Positions 48,497-61,319 of a stretch of DNA of 64,000 bases are shown piece after piece (the stretch's first letter is position 1; each line of letters begins with the position of its first letter). Source of the DNA: Convolutriloba macropyga (Eukaryota); NCBI RefSeq assembly GCF_964194025.1, contig NC_134472.1:2108001-2172000 (forward strand), given 5' to 3'. A model generated the notes under the pieces. It worked only from the letters and a program-made list of their open reading frames with translations. It did not search any database and had not been told where the DNA came from. The position numbers and the translations under genes are program-made.

Positions 48497-51165
48497 ATAA
48501 GGATTGGTGTATTCAGGGATATGCGACAAACAACACATTGAAAATCCTGAGTCAATATATCAGTGGATTAACTTTGGCAATGGCAAGCAATACTTTGCCG
48601 TGTTTCGTGATTCCTTTACTGGTCCACTTGTTTTTATCTTTTTGGCGTATTGTATATCTTACAAAAAATGCAATGTGACCGAGGTTTTCGGTTAACCAGA
48701 TATCGTTTAGGCAAATGAATTCATAATTATTTTCTCCGTTAAATGGCAACTTAGAAGCCTGTTTGTCGGACTTATTCAAAACGCTCCCCATTTTGAAGAC
48801 AAGAAGGCTGATGATCTGTGAACATTTCGTGTAATGTTTTGATATCCTGCTGGTAAAATGCCGGCTTGTGAGCGCAACATAGAATTCCCATCCAGTACAT
48901 TTTATTTCCTATACAACGTGAGATCTCACGTTTCCATTCAAACAACATTTAGGGTGAGGAGGCATGACCCTAATCTTCACAAACTGAATACAAACTGCTA
49001 GTCACATAGTTTTTTCAAGTTACTCAAATGTTTGCTCAAATTTTTTGAAATTGACTTTGAGTTTCGTAGAAAAATGTTTTTCATGGGATCTAGTCTGCGT
49101 TTTCAAAATCTTCTTGGTTTTTTTTCAATTAATCTTAACTGATAGTTTTTATCTGATCTGAAAGCTGGTTCAGATTTTTTGAAGAACATCCATCTAGATA
49201 GTGATTTTTGTTCCAGCCTTCTTTGTTATTTTCAAGCGGCTGATCGAAGGCCAGCCAACTAGTTGCAGCGTTATAAAACCCTTTAACTGTCCTTTAAAAT
49301 TCATCATCTTATGCTAAAGCGAAGCACAGCTGCAAATGTCAGTATAAACGCCGCGTTGGTTGGTTTCTGATACAGATGGCAGGTTTTTTTAGTTATCATT
49401 AATCACATCTACTTTGAAACCTAGAAAAACCAAGTTTCCATAGTCCTTTGGCAATTTTTATATTTTATGTATTAGGACGGGTCAAATCCAAGTACTTTTT
49501 TTGCTTAAATTATACCGCTGGACGCTGAATGCTGCAGTACGTACAAATCCAAAAAGCGGACCTCCTTTAAGTCATTCTTTTTGCAAAACTAACATTTTAA
49601 TCTATTTCTGGTAATGTCATTTTCTGGTTTCAGTCCTTACAATTCCAGTTTTACCCCATTCAGAGAGATTCCTGAGTGCTCTGATTTTTGCAATGTTGCC
49701 TCACAAAACATAATCCAAAAGCTTATACTTTTGCCACCAGTGATACACACATAGCTAGACCATCTGATTGTACACACCAGTTCCAGTTATATTTAAAATG
49801 AACATTTGTCACCACTAGCCTTAATATAATTTTCATTGCGGACCTTGGAATCTCTGGAGCTAAACATCTTAAATAGAGCCTATCTGCTCTTTATCTTCCA
49901 GAGAGAGTGACTCTAAAGCATTTCGACCATCTTGCGTCTTAGTTTCAATGTTTGCGCCCGGTAGTTTGTGCTACACATCTGTTCAGGTTTTCATAATTGC
50001 TACCAGTTAACGAAAGGACAGGTCGGAGAGGTGTTTTTTGTGTATCATTGGTAAGCCACAAAGCTTTGCCTGTTTTGAAGCAGTTGACCTCAGTCTTAGG
50101 TAAGCTTTGTAACTAATTTTCTTCTGCTTCATAAATTGCAGTCTGTTATTTATTTGTTTTTCATTTTTGATAACAAATTCATCCTTTGCTCCATTGATTT
50201 TTTGGAACTTATCCGAGTTTAGCACATCATCAAATTTTTCTTTGTACGTTGACTAATTCAGTCACACATAAAGCACACGCAGAGCTTTTGTCAAACGATA
50301 CCCCCAGCAAATTCTTGGTTTTTAGGTAATCATGAACTTTTTTGACCCCTCTACCCATCGGGTTTTTTGCATACCATTTTAAGGAAGCCTCAATTTCACA
50401 AAACATCTGACCCTCCGCTTATTCTCGCGTAATTTAAGTACAGATTTGTCAGCATCTGCGAGAAAGTGCACCTGGTTAAACCTGTCTCTCACAGTATGTT
50501 TAGGTCTCCATGATAGGACGCCATGTACAAATTTGGAATTTCATCGCGATCCATTATCGAAACATTACTGTCAGAGCCATTCCGCAGCAATCTAGCCTGT
50601 CTCTCTGACAGTTTATCATGTGTTTCAAATTTTTCCTTGAACACTCTACGGCTTTTTTCAGCACGGTTTATTTCTTCTTTCAGGAGTTTTAATTGAAAAC
50701 TGTGCATCGTTTGTTCAGAAAAAACTTCACTGTTTGGAGCGCGGAACCTTCAGAAATCCGAAATTATATGATTATTGAAGAACAAAACACTAAGTTGAGT
50801 TTCTCGCAAGATGATTACTTGTTGAAACCAAAATTTCTGAAACCTTGTTTTCGTTTAGGTCTTAAAATTGAATTTACGATCTTGTCTATCATTGTTCAGA
50901 AGTTTTCTATAATTTTTTACCGTTTGGAAATGAGTTTGGTGCAATTCATGGCTTTAATTCGCTAAATATAATTTTCGAATGAAATAATATGACTGCTGAC
51001 CAGTAAATGAATGTAAGCTGCTGGCTTCTGTACTTATCGCGCATGTTCAGCACTGGATTCCGTTATTTTATATGTATTGCTTTGAGAGTCATAAGTCATA
51101 AGCTTTTGTGGCACATTACACTGATCAATTTTACGCCTATCGAACGCGCGTGGCTGGTCACAACA
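48497..51165 (-). mobile_element. Penelope-like element, subfamily A, tandem unit 1 (decayed; N-term, RT with PHD insert, GIY-YIG)
   Basis: HSFQLKLLK and KLSERQ (N-term); KLCGLPMIHKK (RT); QSDGLAM (49750-49764); WICTYC (49534-49551); then thumb and endonuclease remnants. Confidence 0.88.
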
Positions 51166-53665
51166 TGCACAAAAATGCAATGTGACCGAGGTTTTCGGTT
51201 AACCAGATATCGTTTAGGCAAATGAATTCATAATTATTTTCTCCGTTCAATGGCAACTTAGAAGCTTGTTTGTCGGACTTATTCAAAACGCTCCCCGTTT
51301 TGAAGACAAGAAGGCTGATGATCTGTGAACATTTCGTGTAATGTTTTGATATCCTGCTGGTAAAATGCCGGCTTGTGAGCGCAACATCGGATTCCCATCC
51401 AGTACATTTTATTTCTTATACAACGTGAGCTCTCACGTTTCCATTCAAACAAACATTTAGGGCGAGGAGGCATGACCTTAAACTGAATACAAACTGCTAG
51501 TCACATAGTTTTTTCAAGTTACTCAAATTTTTGCTCAAATTTTTTGAAATTGACTTTGAGTTTCGTAGAAAATTGTTTTTCATGGGATCTATTCTGGGTT
51601 TTTAAAATCTTCTTGGTTTTTTTTAATTAATCTTAACTGATAGTTTTTATCTGATCTGAAAGCTGGTTCAGATTTTTTGAAGAACATCCATCCAGATAAT
51701 GATTTTTGTTCCAGCCTTCTTTGTTATTTTCAAGCGGCTGATTGAAGGCCAGCCAACTAGTTGCAGCGTTATAAAACCCCTTAACTGTCCTTTTAAATTC
51801 ATCATCTTATGCTAAAGCGAAGCACAGCTGCAAATGTCAGTATAAACGCCGCGTTGGTTGGTTTCTGATACAGATGGCAGGTTTTTTTAATTATCATTAA
51901 CCACATCTACTTTGAAACCTAGAAAAACCAAGTTTCCATAGTCCTTTGGCAATTTTTAAATCTTATGTATTAGCACGGGTCAAATCCAAGTACTTTTTTG
52001 CTTAAATTATACCGCTGGATGCTGATTGCTGCAGTACGTACATATCCAAAAAACGGACCTCCTTTAAGCCATTCTTTTTGCAAAACTAACATTTTAATCT
52101 ATTTCTGGTACTGTCATTTTCTGGTTTCAGTCCTTACAGTTCCAGTTTTACCCCATTCAGAGAGATTCCTGAGTGCTCTGATTTTTGCAATGTTGCCTCA
52201 CAAAACATAATCCAAAAGCTTATACTTTTGCCACCAGTGATACACACATAGCTAGACCATCTGATTGTACACACCAGTTCCAGTTATATTTAAAATGAAC
52301 ATTTGTCACCACTAGCCTTAATATAATTTTCATTGTGGACCTTGGAATCTCTGGAGCTATACAGCTTAAATAGAGCTTATCTGCTCTTTATCTTCCAGAG
52401 AGAGTGACTTTAAAGCATTTCGACCATCTTGCGTCTTAGTTTCAATGTTTGCGCCCGGTAGTTTGTGCTACACATCTGTTCAGGTTTTCATAATTGCTAC
52501 CAGTTAACGAAAGGACTGGTCGGAGAGGTGTTTTTTTGTGTATCATTGGTAGGCCACAAAGCTTTGCCTGTTTTGAAGCAGTTGACCTGAGTCTTAGGTA
52601 ACCTTTGTAACTAATTTTCTTCTGCTTCATAAATTGCAGTCTGTTATTTATTTGTTTTTCATTTTTGATAACAAATTCATCTTTTGCTCCATTGATTTTT
52701 TGGAACTTATCCGAGTTTAGCACATCATCAAATTTTTCTTTGTACGTTGACTAATTCAGTCACACATAAAGCACACGCACAGCTTTTGTCAAACGATACC
52801 CCCAGCAAATTCTTGGTTTTTAGGTAATCAAGAACTTTTTTGACCCCTCTACTCATCGGGTTTTTTGCATACCATTTTAAGGACGCCTCAATTTCACAAA
52901 ACATCTGACCCTCCCCTTATTCTCGCGTAATTTAAGTACAGATTCGTCAGCGTCTGCGAGAAAGTGCACCTGGTTAAACTGTCTCTCACAGTATGTTTAG
53001 GTCTCCATGATAGGACGCCATGTACAAATTTTGGAATTTCATCGCGATCCATTATCGAAACATTACTGTCAGAGCCATTCCGCAGCAACCTAGCCTCTCT
53101 CTCTCTCTGACAGTTTATCATGTGTTTCAAATTTTTCCTTGAACACTCTACGGCTTTTTTCAGCACGGTTTATTTCTTCTTTCAGGAGTTTTAATTGAAA
53201 ACTGTGCATCGTTTGTTCAGAAAAAACTTCACTGTTTGGAGCGCGGAACCTTCAGAAATCCGAAATTATATGATTATTGAAGAACAAAACACTAAGTTGA
53301 GTTTCTCGCAAGATGATTACTTGTTGAAACCAAAATTTCTGAAACCTTGTTTTCGTTTAGGTCTTAAAATTGAATTTACGATCTTGTCTATCATTGTTCA
53401 GAAGTTTTCTATAATTTTTTACCGTTTGGAAATGAGTTTGGTGCAATTCATGGCTTTAATTCGCTAAATATAATTTTCGAATGAAATAATATGACTGCTG
53501 ACCAGTAAATGAATGTAAGCTGCTGGCTTCTGTACTTATCGCGCATGTTCAGCACTGGATTCCGTTATTTTATATGTATTGCTTTGAGAGTCATAAGTCA
53601 TAATATTTTGTGGCATATTACACTGAACAATTTTACGCCTATCAAACGCGCGTGGCTGGTCACAA
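51166..53665 (-). mobile_element. Penelope-like element, subfamily A, tandem unit 2 (near-identical to unit 1, period ~2.5 kb)
   Basis: ORF 52442-52723 reads KLCGLPMIHKKTPLRPVLSLTGSNYENL. Twin ORFs 50693/53195 are identical. DGLAM at 52247-52261 and WICTYC at 52031-52048. Confidence 0.9.
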
Positions 53666-55850
53666 TATTTGCTCAATTGCCAAACTAACGGCGATTCTGT
53701 TTTTCATTCTCTACCATCCGAGTGTTTATGTCTGCATATTTGTCAAAACAACAGTGACATCGCATCCAGTGCAAATAATTTGAATACCAAATATGATTTG
53801 TGGAGGCCAATAAAAATTAGACTTTATTGCTGGTAAGCAGGTTTTGGATATAAATGGTGTAAATCACTCTAATAATCGCTTTTTGCAGCGTTTGTTTTTT
53901 TCTCAGGCTCAACTGGCTTCCAGATTGTTGAAAATCTGTGGCAATCGACTTCAGAGTTAATTCAACCTTCGACTTGCTTTGCGGTCTTTTTAGAGTACTA
54001 AAACGTTTTCCCAATGTCTGATTTACAATTCTTGACTACAACTTTTCCGGATATTAGTTTTGCGGAAAGTATTAGAGTATTGCCATATTGCCAGTTGCTA
54101 CTAAATCACAAAAGCCCGTGGATAATACAATCTACGGTAATTTTTTGATGCTGTAGTGGTTCTGAGCTGCCGAAATTCAGGAACGTTACTGTTTCTGACG
54201 GCTTTTGGCATCAGTTACAAGAGTTTCTTTCAGTTCGCCAATAAAGACTTCCAAATATATGAAAGCTTGTGCACGTTTTCTTTCATTTCTTCGATTGTGA
54301 TTTACCAATTTTCTGGCCAGCTTTTTCCAAGTCCGTGCAATTTTTCGGCGTTGTCCTTTATTGTGCCAACACGGTCGTTGTTTTGTTTTACTGTGCGAAT
54401 TGCTGTGTAACATCTAGAACAACTTCTAAATTATTCAATTTCCTTTCTAAATTCTCCATAAGATTGCCTTTAAATGATAGAGAAATTATTTTGTTTTCGA
54501 TGATCGTTTGTATTGCCTTCAATTGATCTTTACTGCTAACTCTTATCTGATTATTCCGATTCGATTTTTTCGAAGAAAGTTTATCTGGATACTAGTTTTT
54601 GATTCAAAATTTCCAGCTCTTTTCAAGCTTGTGATCAGAGGGCAATCAATTAGTGGTTGCGTAAAAGACCCCGTGAACCGTCCTTTGAAATAAGTACCTA
54701 TTATTCTGAAGCAGGAAAAATGCACAGCAAGAAAAATTCAGTATTAGTCCCGTGTTCGTCGGTTTCTGACAACCATGGCAGGTATTTTCATTATCGTCAA
54801 TGAAAGTAACATTGATATCTAGTGAAGCCATGTTTCCATTGTCGATCAATTATTCTAAAGGAATTGCCATGTAATTTGCAAATCTTAAAGATTTATACCG
54901 ATCACAAATAAAGTCATCCAAACAATTTATTGTCTAAATTCTGCCGCTGGATGCGGATTGCTGCAGTACGTATGGATCCAAAAAACGTACTGCAAATTAA
55001 TATATTCTTCTTTTGTTACTTTTCGGCTTTTTGCATAAAACCAGTTTTTGCATTACTAACATTCTGCTCTTTTTCCGAGGAAAATCACTCTCAAATTTTC
55101 ATTCTTCCTCACAATTCCTGGTTGGATCTCATTCAGAGAGATTCCTCAGAGCTCGAATTTGTTAATGATGACTCGCGGAAACTGAACCAGAGGTTTTCTA
55201 GTCATACGGTCAGTGAAACACCCATAGCTAGATCATCTGTCTGTACATACCTAAAGCCGTTGCATGCAGATCTAAAAAAACACTAGCAACTGATGGCCTC
55301 AATAAACTTTTCATTGCTGACATTTGAATCTCCGGACCTCGGGTTTTTGGGAGCCAGAGTGCTTGAGTGGAACCCTTTTTAGAGCAATTCGAATAGCATC
55401 TCTAATCGACACATTGATTTGAAATTTTATTACGCCAAGGGATGATTTTTTCTCGTAGACTTTCTAACAAGGGATACTCTTTGCTCGCGCTAAAGACTTT
55501 CTAACATCTTCTGTGTTGGTTTTAGGGTTTACGTCAAATGGTTTCAGAAAAAAACGTAGACAAAATTTGTTTCAATTTTTAAATGCTTTCCAATCTTTGC
55601 ATGCTTCAACAATTTTTGCAATTTTTTGCACTTTTACTCTCATTTATGTTTTTACAATTTTAATTATAATTTCGTCAACTGGTGTCTGATTTTTCGGAAT
55701 TTATCGGTGTTTAGCACATCCTCTTATTGTGATCTGTACGCTGAAGTTTTGATGACGCAGAATATGCAGCCTCTGTCGAACGGTACCAGCAGAAATATTT
55801 TGGTCTTTAGTTATTCATGTACTTGTTTTAGTTGATGGAGTGTTTTTTAA
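53470..55850 (-). mobile_element. Penelope-like element, subfamily B, copy 1 (5'-truncated; RT + PHD, GIY-YIG remnant, 3' region)
   Basis: LVPFDRGC, DDLAMGVSL (55211-55237), CKNWFY (55035-55052), WIHTYC, LDD (54913-54921) and GNMASLDINV...QKPTNTGLILNF. Confidence 0.88.
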
Positions 55851-56029
55851 TCGAGATTATTGATCGGAGATTTTTTTTGCAAGTAAATAAAGAAATATGG
55901 TAGGTAAATTTTTAGTCAGAAGACACGAGGTGCTGAAGAAACTGTAGAGTCAACTTTTCTCATGACTACAAACAAATTGTCCTTGACGTATAATTTCTTC
56001 ACCAATATGCCAAGTTCTACACCAATATG

Positions 56030-56790
56030 CCACTTATCCGAGTTTAGCACATCATCAAATTTTTCTTTGTACGTTGACTTCTTCAGTCACACATAAAGCA
56101 CACGCACAGATTTTGTCAAACTGTACCCCCAGCAAACCCTTGGTTTTTAGGCAATCATGCATTTTTATTACTCCTCTACCCATCGGTGCTTTTTTCCAAA
56201 CCAGTTTGCGGACGCCTCATTTTCACAAAAGTTCTGAACCTCCCTTTTTAATTGCGTAATTTAAGTACAGATTTGTCAACGTCTGCGAGGAGGTGCACCT
56301 GGTTAAACTTGTCTCTCACAGTATGTTTAGGTCTCAATGATTGGACGCCATGTACAAACTTTGGAATTTCATAGCGATCCATTGTCAAAACATTACTGTC
56401 AGAGTCATTCCGCAGCAGTGTAGCCTGTCTCTCTGACATTTTATCAAGTTTTCAATTATAACTATTTTGAACCATTGCGCAGAGAGTTTCTTATTTCACG
56501 CACAATGTAGCTAACAACTGATGGCATCAGTTCTGGTCGCACCTTCTCCATAACCTTGCTACTACGTGTTTCAAATTTTTCCTTGAACACTCTACCGTCT
56601 TTTTCAGCACGGCATATTTTTTCTTTTAATTGAAAACTGTGCACCGGTTAATCGAAAAAAACTTCATTTTTTGGAGCGCAGAACCTCAAGAAATCCGAAA
56701 TGATATAATTATTGAAAGACAAACGTGTTTGGTACAATTCAATGTTTTACAATTCAGTGTTTGGTACAATTCAATGTTTTATTTTACTAA
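56030..56790 (-). mobile_element. Penelope-like subfamily A N-terminal fragment
   Basis: SERQ...IPKFVHGVQSLRPKHTVRDKFNQVHLLADVDK; aligns with 52706-53290. Confidence 0.85.
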
Positions 56791-59115
56791 ATGTTATTTT
56801 CGAATGAAGTAATATGACTGCTAAGCAGTAAATGAATGTAAGCTGCTGGCTTCTGTACTCATCGCGCATGTTCAGCACTGCATTCCTTTAATCTATTTGT
56901 ATTGCTTTGAGAGTCATAAGCTTTTGTGCTATATTAAACTGATCAATTTTACGCCTATCAAACGCGCGTAGCGTGCCACAACACCCACTCAATTGCCGAC
57001 CTAAGGGCAAGTCTGTTTTTCATTCCCTACCATCCGAGTGTTTGTGTCTGCAGATTTGACCAATATCAGTGACATCGCATCAAGTGCAATTAATTTGAAT
57101 ACCAAATATGACTTGTGAAGGCAAATAGAAATTAGTCTTTATTGAGTGTAAGCAGGTTTTGGATAAAATTGGTGTAGATCACTCTATTATTCGTTATTTT
57201 TGCAGCTTTTTTAGTCTCAAGCTCAGCTGGCTTCCAGATTGTTGAAATTGTGTGATAATCGAATTCAGGGTTAAGTTAACTTTCGACTTGCTTTGCGGTC
57301 TTTTTAGAGTACTTAAACGTTTTCCCATTGTCTGATTTACAATGCTTGACTACCATTTTTCCGGATATTAATTTTGGCGAGAGTATTAGAGTATTGCCAT
57401 TTTGCCTGCTGCTACAAAAGCTCATGGATAACACTGTCTACGGTAATTTTTATGCTACAGTTGTGCTGAGCTGATGAAATTCAGGAACGTTACTGTTTCT
57501 GGCTTTTGGCACCAGTTACAAGAGTTTTTTTCTGTTGGTCAATATAGACTGCCAAATATAAGAAAGCTACATCCCGTTTTCTATCATCTCTTCATTTGTC
57601 AAGTACAAGTTTTTAGGCCAGCTTTTTCCAATTTCATATAATTTTTTGGAGTTAACTTTTATTGTGCCAACACTCGTTTTTTGTTTTACTGTGCGTATTG
57701 CTCTATAACCCCTAGAACAACTTCTAAAATTTTCAGTTTCCTTGCTAAATTCTCTAAATAATTGCCTCTAAACAATGGAAAAATTGTTTTATTTTCATTT
57801 AATTTAGTCAGGCTTTCTCGATTATTTTTTGTATTGCCTTCAGTCTTTTGTATTGTGATCTTTTGTATTGTGATCTTTTCTACCAACTCTTATCTGATTA
57901 ATATCCGATTTACTTTTTTCGAACAAAAATTGTCTCGATACTAGCATTTCTGGCTCATTTCAACCTTGCGATCAGAGGTCAATCAATTAGTGTTTGCTTA
58001 AAAGACACTGAATCGTCCTTTGAATTAAGTACCTATTATTCTGAAGCAGTTCACGGCAGGAAAAATTCAGTATTACTCCAGTGTTCTGACAACAATTGCA
58101 GGTATTTTCATTATCGTCAATAAAACTAACGTTGATATGTAGTGAAGCCATGTTTCCATTGTCAATCAATTATTCTAAGGTAATTTCCAGGATTCTTTGT
58201 ATTGAATTTGCAAATCCTAAATTTTCTTATCGATCACTAAGACCCGTTCAAATAACGTCATCAAAATAATTTTTTGTGCAAATTCTGCCGCTGAATGCTG
58301 ATTGTATGTATGGATCCAAAAAAGCGTACTGCAAATTAGCATTTTCCTTTTTTGTTATTTTTTGTCTTTTTTGCATAAAATTCCACTCTTTTTTATCGGA
58401 ATGTCACTCTCAGTTTGCAGTCTTCACAATTCCTGTTTTGATCTCATTCAGATAGATTCCTTAGAGCTCGGATTTTTTTAAAGATGTCTCGCAAAAATTA
58501 ATTCACAGGTTTTGTAATCATACGGTTAGTCAAGCACACACAGCTAGATCATCTGTCTGTACATACCTAAAGCCGTTGCATGCCAATTTAAAAAAAACAC
58601 TAGTAACTGATAACCTCAATAAATTTTTTATTGCGGACATTTGAATCTCCGGACCTCGGTGTCTTGGCAGCCAGAGTGCTTGAGTGCAAACCTTTAAGAG
58701 CAAATTGTATAGCAGCTCTAATCGGCACTTTGCCGTACAATTTTATTACGCCAAGGGATACTTTTTGCTTGTAGACTTTCTAACAAGGGATTCTCTTTGC
58801 TCGCGCTAATGACATTCTAACATCTTCTGTGTTGGCTTTAATGTTTACGTTAGTTGGTTTCAGCAAAAAAGGTGACAAAATATGTTTCAATTTTCATTTT
58901 TACTGCGAGGTATCGAAAAAGCAGGCCTCAGAGGTCTATCTTCTTTGTGTACATTTGCTAAAATGTAGAGCCAGCTGGCTGTCTATCACTTGATCTGAGT
59001 CTCTGACGAATTAGACATCTTTGCATGCTTCACCAATTTTTAAAATCTTTTTCTCTTTTGCTCTCATTTATCTTTTTTTCAGGTTTGATTACAATTTCGT
59101 CAATTGTTTTCTGAT
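56790..59115 (-). mobile_element. Penelope-like element, subfamily B, copy 2
   Basis: Collinear with 53470-55700. Motifs: LYILANVHKEDRPLRP (~58925-58975), SLGVIKLYGKVP (RT motif 3), DDLAV, CEDC (58417-58428) and YFDD (58257-58268). Confidence 0.88.
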
Positions 59116-60740
59116 TTAAAAGCAAGGGCATCTGGTATGTAGAGTAGGTATCAGATTGTCTAACTATGGATGCATCACTGGAATATGCAATACAATATTT
59201 TTTGGATTAAGTTATGTGAGACATCATTGAAAAAATCAGAGCACTCAGGAGACTCTCTCTGAATGGGATAAAAACGGGAACTGTAAAGACTGCAACCAGA
59301 AAATGACATTACGAGAAATAGATTAAAATGTTAGTTTTGCAAAAAGAATGTCTATAAGGAGGTGCGTTTTTTGGACCTGTACGTACTACCAGCAATCAGC
59401 ATCCAGCGGTATAATTGAAGTAAAAAAATATTTGGATATCATTAATTGCTCTGTTCCTAGTGAACCGTCCGAACACTTAAGATTTTTTAATTGCCGAAAA
59501 GACTATGGAAAAATGGCTTTTCTAGGTTTCAAAGTGGATATGATTTATAATATTTAAATAAACCTGCCATCGGTTTCAAAAACCGACCAAATGCGGGGTT
59601 AGTACTGAAATTTGCAGCTGTTGCTTCGCTGCAGCATAAGATGATGAATTTTAAAGGAAATTTAAAGGGTTTTATAATGCAGCAACTAATTGGCTGGCTT
59701 TCAATCAGCCGCTTGAAAATAGCAATGAATGCTGGAATCACTATCTAGATGGATGTTCTTCAAAAATACTGAACCAGATTTTAGATCAGGTAATAACTAT
59801 CAGTAAAGATTAGTTGAAAACAAAATCAAAAAAGCAGATTAGATCCCATGAAAAATCAACAATTGTCTACAAAACGGTCAATTTCACAAAAAATTGAGCA
59901 AAAATTTGAACAATTTGAAAAAACTATGTGACTTGCAGTTTGCCTTCAGTTTGTGAAGATTAAGGTCTTGCCTCCTCGCCCTAAACCTTGTTTGAATGGA
60001 AACGTGAGATCTCACGTTTTATAGGAAATGAAATGAACTGGATGGGAATCCATCGATGCTGCGCTCACAAGCCGGCATTTTACCAGCATGTTATCAAAAC
60101 ATTACACGAAATGTTCACAGATCATGAGCCTTCTAGTCTTTAGAATGGGGAGTGTTTTGAATAATTCCGACAAACAGGCTTCTAAGTTGCCATTTAACGG
60201 AGAAAACAATTATGACTTCATTTGCCTGAACAATATCTGGTTAACACTGCAGTTTTTTGGTTAACACTGCAAGACATACAATACGCTAAAGAGGCAAAAA
60301 AAGTGGACCAGCAAAGGCATCACAAAAACACGGCGAAGTATTGCTTGCCATTGTCAAAATCAATGCACTGTTATATTTTCTCGGACTTTTCTGTGTGTTG
60401 TTTGTCTCATATCCCTGAACAATCTTTACTAATAGCCACACAGCGAAACCTGGGGGCCATTGTTGGCCTTCTTTTGGTTTTTTATTTCGTCGTCCGGATT
60501 TTTATTACGACAATATGACGTCACAATTACTTCAAATCTGCTTTTTGTTCATTCGTTCATGCAATTTCAACTGAAATGCGTTAGTGACGTCAACTTTCGC
60601 TCTTAGTGGAGCGAGTTTTTTGTTCTTTCGCGTGATTCAATTTTTGGTCACCCTTGACTTTCCTCACTCTCAAAAATGAGACACAGATCTACAAAGCTAT
60701 TGCGGCTGAATTTGGGCAATCTGCCAGCTATGTTTCATTT
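59116..60740 (+). mobile_element. Penelope-like subfamily A, 5'-truncated copy, head-to-head with B copy 2
   Basis: Reverse-complement match to 48500-49800. Motifs: GIWYV..DCLTMDASL, CKDC (59282-59293), WTCTY (59372) and YLDI (59429-59440). Confidence 0.88.
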
Positions 60741-61319
60741 TTGGTTTAGAAATTTGACTATGATGTTTTATTGTTTTAGTGTTGTTTTGCTGGTGGTTAG
60801 TAGGTTGATAATGGTTTGATTCTGGTCATTAATATGAATTTTATATCAATTTGCAGGATTTTCAGCAATTTTTCTGAACTTTGGGCAAGTGTTAGCGGTT
60901 TTTGCTTTTCGTTCGGATAAACTGCTTTGCATGAGCTTTGAATAGACGCAAATTAGTTATGGAGTTTTTCGATACGAAGTGGTTAATTTTAATATTGATT
61001 AAAATCTCTTTTTTCTTTGCTGTCAAAAAATTTTAACAAGTTTCATTTGATCAATTGTACTTTTCTCCTGACGATTTTGGGTTATAAACATTTTAAACTC
61101 CGGCTAATTTAGTTGTATTTTTTTAAGTTGTGAACTGCTGCGTGAGGATCTACTGCCCAGTCTCAAGTAAGCAAATGTTTCTTCAATGTCAACTGAGTAG
61201 CAGTCTGTTTTTAGCAACTTCTGCCATTCAGATTTTCATCAAAACTCAACAAGAAAAAGAAAAAGATGTATATCCATGCAAAAAACAGCAGTGTGTCAAT
61301 AACATTGACCTTGACATCC

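Noticed and set aside
58680-58770. Apparent second Cys-rich finger in the Penelope B copies
   Set aside because: The correct frame reads SLGVIKLYGKVPIRAAIQFAL, which is decayed RT motif 3 (SLDV.SLYTNVP).
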